The notes under the pieces: generated by a model
Told to the model about the DNA's origin: nothing
Databases searched by the model: none
The model's input: only the letters and a program-made list of their open reading frames with translations
Origin: Octopus sinensis
Lineage: Eukaryota
Reading direction: 5' to 3'
NCBI RefSeq assembly: GCF_006345805.1
Contig: NC_043018.1
Location: 3,906,001-3,970,000, forward strand
DNA: 64,000 bases
Shown here: positions 61,815-64,000 of the stretch, piece after piece
How the letters are laid out: the number at the start of each line of letters is the position of its first letter
Position numbering within the stretch: the first letter of the stretch is position 1
Made by a program: the position numbers and the translations under genes

Positions 61815-62024
61815 TATTATTATTGTTATTACTATTATTAAGGTAATGAGCTGGCAGAAGCTTTAGCATGCTGGGCAAAATGTCTTTAATACAAACAACA
61901 ATGGACGTCGACTGTACTCGTTGGTAACATAAACAAACAAACAAAAAAAAAACCCAAAATACAAAACAAAGCAGATATTCGTCACTTGCGAGTGAGTTTC
62001 ACAATGATACAATTTACCATGTTT

Positions 62025-62437
62025 AAGGCGTCGAGCTGGCAGAGTGGTTAGCACACCGGGCGAAATGCTTAGCGGTATTTCGTCTGCCGTTACGTTCTGA
62101 GTTCAAATTCCGCCGAGGTCGACTTTGCCTTTCATTCTTTCGGGGTCGATAAATTAAGTACCAGTTACGCACTGGTGTCGATGTAATGACTTAATCCGTT
62201 TATCTGTCCTTGTTTGTCTTCTCTGTGTTTAGCCCCTTGTGGGTAGTAAAGAAATAGGTATTTCGTCTGCCGCTACTTTCTGAGTCCAAATTCCGCCGAA
62301 GTCGACTTTGCTTTTCATTCTTTCGGGGTCGATTAAATAAATATCAGTTACGCACTGGGGTCGATATCGACTTAATCCGTTTGTCTGTCCTTGTTTGTCC
62401 CCTCTGTGTTTAGCCCGTTGTGGGCAATAAAGAAATA
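62025..62437 (+). mobile_element. Dimeric SINE family 2 insertion
   Basis: Full unit plus 5'-truncated second unit bounded by a 16-bp TSD ACAATTTACCATGTTT (62009-62024, 62438-62453). Confidence 0.88.
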
Positions 62438-63036
62438 ACAATTTACCATGTTTCAATAGTTTTAGGTGCCTGTACAGTCACATATAGGCAGAGACACCTC
62501 GATGGTCGCAACTTGGCCCAGGGGAAACACCAAGGATATGATAAGTAGAATGAGAAAGAGCTAAATCAGCATTCGGCTGGTGCTTAATTAGACTGAAGTA
62601 ATGACCCTCCACGCTCACCACCCCGCTAAAAAGTGCTTTGCTGAAGGGTCTACAACGTAGCAACCAGCCCAGGAATTGAACCTACGGCGTCCTGATCGTG
62701 ATCCTAGTGCCTTAACCACTGGGCCATGCACCACGATAATGATTGCACAGCACGTGGTTTGTGAAGAGAGATTAAAATAGGACAGGATTCAAAAGCAGAA
62801 CAAAGCGTTAAATATACCACAATGAAAAATAAAAATGTTTTAGAATATCGATGAAGGGAAAAGTTCAAATAATTGCATTTGTAAAGATGCATTTTGATAA
62901 GTCAATTCAATAATTTATACACTCGAAATGTTTTATGGACTAAATACATACATGTATGCATGCATACATATACACACACAAGTGTTAAATAATTTATGTA
63001 TTATAGAACACACACATACACACATATGTATATGTA

Positions 63037-63075
<39 letters not shown>

Positions 63076-63719
63076 GCTTTGTATATGTGTGTGTGTTTGT
63101 GTTTGTGTATACGACCCTGATAGAGCGGAAAAAACTCGAATTCTTCCGTACTTTGGCCTTAATCAGACCACACATTAAGATGCTGCATTTTTGGAAACCG
63201 TTGCAACAAGTATGACAATGATGGAGAGTCTTCCTGGGCCCAGCAGACTCTCAGAAAAACAAACCCCAGGCCACGACCGAAAGGCTTGCTAGGGAAGAGA
63301 ACATCAATGACACTGTCTTCACCGCTGTAGACAGCCGGAAAGGCGAGAAGGCTGCAAAAAAAAAGAACACAAAAATAAAACATCAAAGATAAAAACCAAA
63401 GCATCCAGAAGCGATCGAGAGCAAAGAAAAGGAGAAGAAACAGAAAATAAAGCAAAAACAAAAAAATAAAGCCTCCAAGGTGTTGTGGTGATAGACATTG
63501 ACACATCTGTGTGTTTAAAAGATGGACTCGTCGGAGTATTATGACGTCGTCGATGACGTCAGAACGCGATTTCGAATCTTACGTTCTCGGCGAGTAAAAT
63601 AAAAAGTACATCTTGTGATGGCAATGATTTTACCTCTGCTTGGACCCTCCTCTGATGAGCGGGTTAGACTTCTTTTGGTATTTTGCCCCATACTTGTCTC
63701 TCCTGTGCAAGCGTCGCAC

Positions 63720-64000
63720 TAATATTTTTTATTGAATATCAGAAGTTTGTTGCGTCTCAACATTAAAACAAAAATCTCTTTCCCGCGAGACCTTGCTGCT
63801 TGCAATCAAACTCCTCCTCTGTGTTTAGAACTCGTGGAAACGAACTTTAGACCTAAGGAAGCGGATGTAGAAGTCTGCATACCGAAGTATGTTGTAATAT
63901 GAAGGGACAGAAGAGAAAGGAGCCACGGTAAAGTTGCGGTATACGTCCGTAAGAACCACACGTTCCAAATCCTGCTATTAAACTGAAATTCAATGCGTGA
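63720..64000 (+). mobile_element. Degenerate LINE APE endonuclease region (runs off the right edge)
   Basis: LCLELVETNFRPKEADVEVCIPKYVVI*RDRRERSHGKVAVYVRK resembles the TETxL...GY...RRDR...GGVAxYV APE motifs. Confidence 0.7.

Noticed and set aside
63170-63500. Lys/Arg-rich coding-like stretch as a host exon
   Set aside because: Stops or frameshifts in all + frames and no clean splice sites. It lies just upstream of a decayed LINE endonuclease, so it is more likely a relic of that element.

Overview
Eukaryotic, repeat- and microsatellite-rich genomic DNA. The SINE/LINE families look like those of octopus (coleoid cephalopod); this is inference from recall, not a database result. Two spliced genes can be reconstructed by hand. 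(1) MEAF6/Eaf6 on the - strand: coding exons 1-4 at 7194-7114, 4561-4446, 2408-2321 and 248-215, continuing off the left edge. (2) A complete 13-exon, 475-aa mitochondrial-type m5U methyltransferase most similar to TRMT2B on the + strand, 21031-52684, all GT-AG junctions in consistent phase. Almost every other ORF in the supplied track is microsatellite or transposon derived. Mobile elements include CR1-group, L1/Tx1 and RTE LINE fragments, several tRNA-derived SINE families, Tc1/mariner relics, hAT/piggyBac/Helitron-type non-autonomous elements and near-perfect hairpin MITEs. The most interesting signal is a set of small non-coding elements carrying minimal type I hammerhead-ribozyme folds of the kind known from Penelope-like element termini. 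One family couples a tRNA-derived Pol III head to the hammerhead, one has the core variant CUGUGGA in both copies present, and one copy lies in the sense strand of a TRMT2B intron. Other highlights: a 3-kb 21-bp minisatellite with higher-order structure, a hairpin array in the TRMT2B 3'UTR, candidate poison/cassette exons in MEAF6, two orphan RFX X-boxes and a visible CpG-decay mosaic that tracks the gene bodies.
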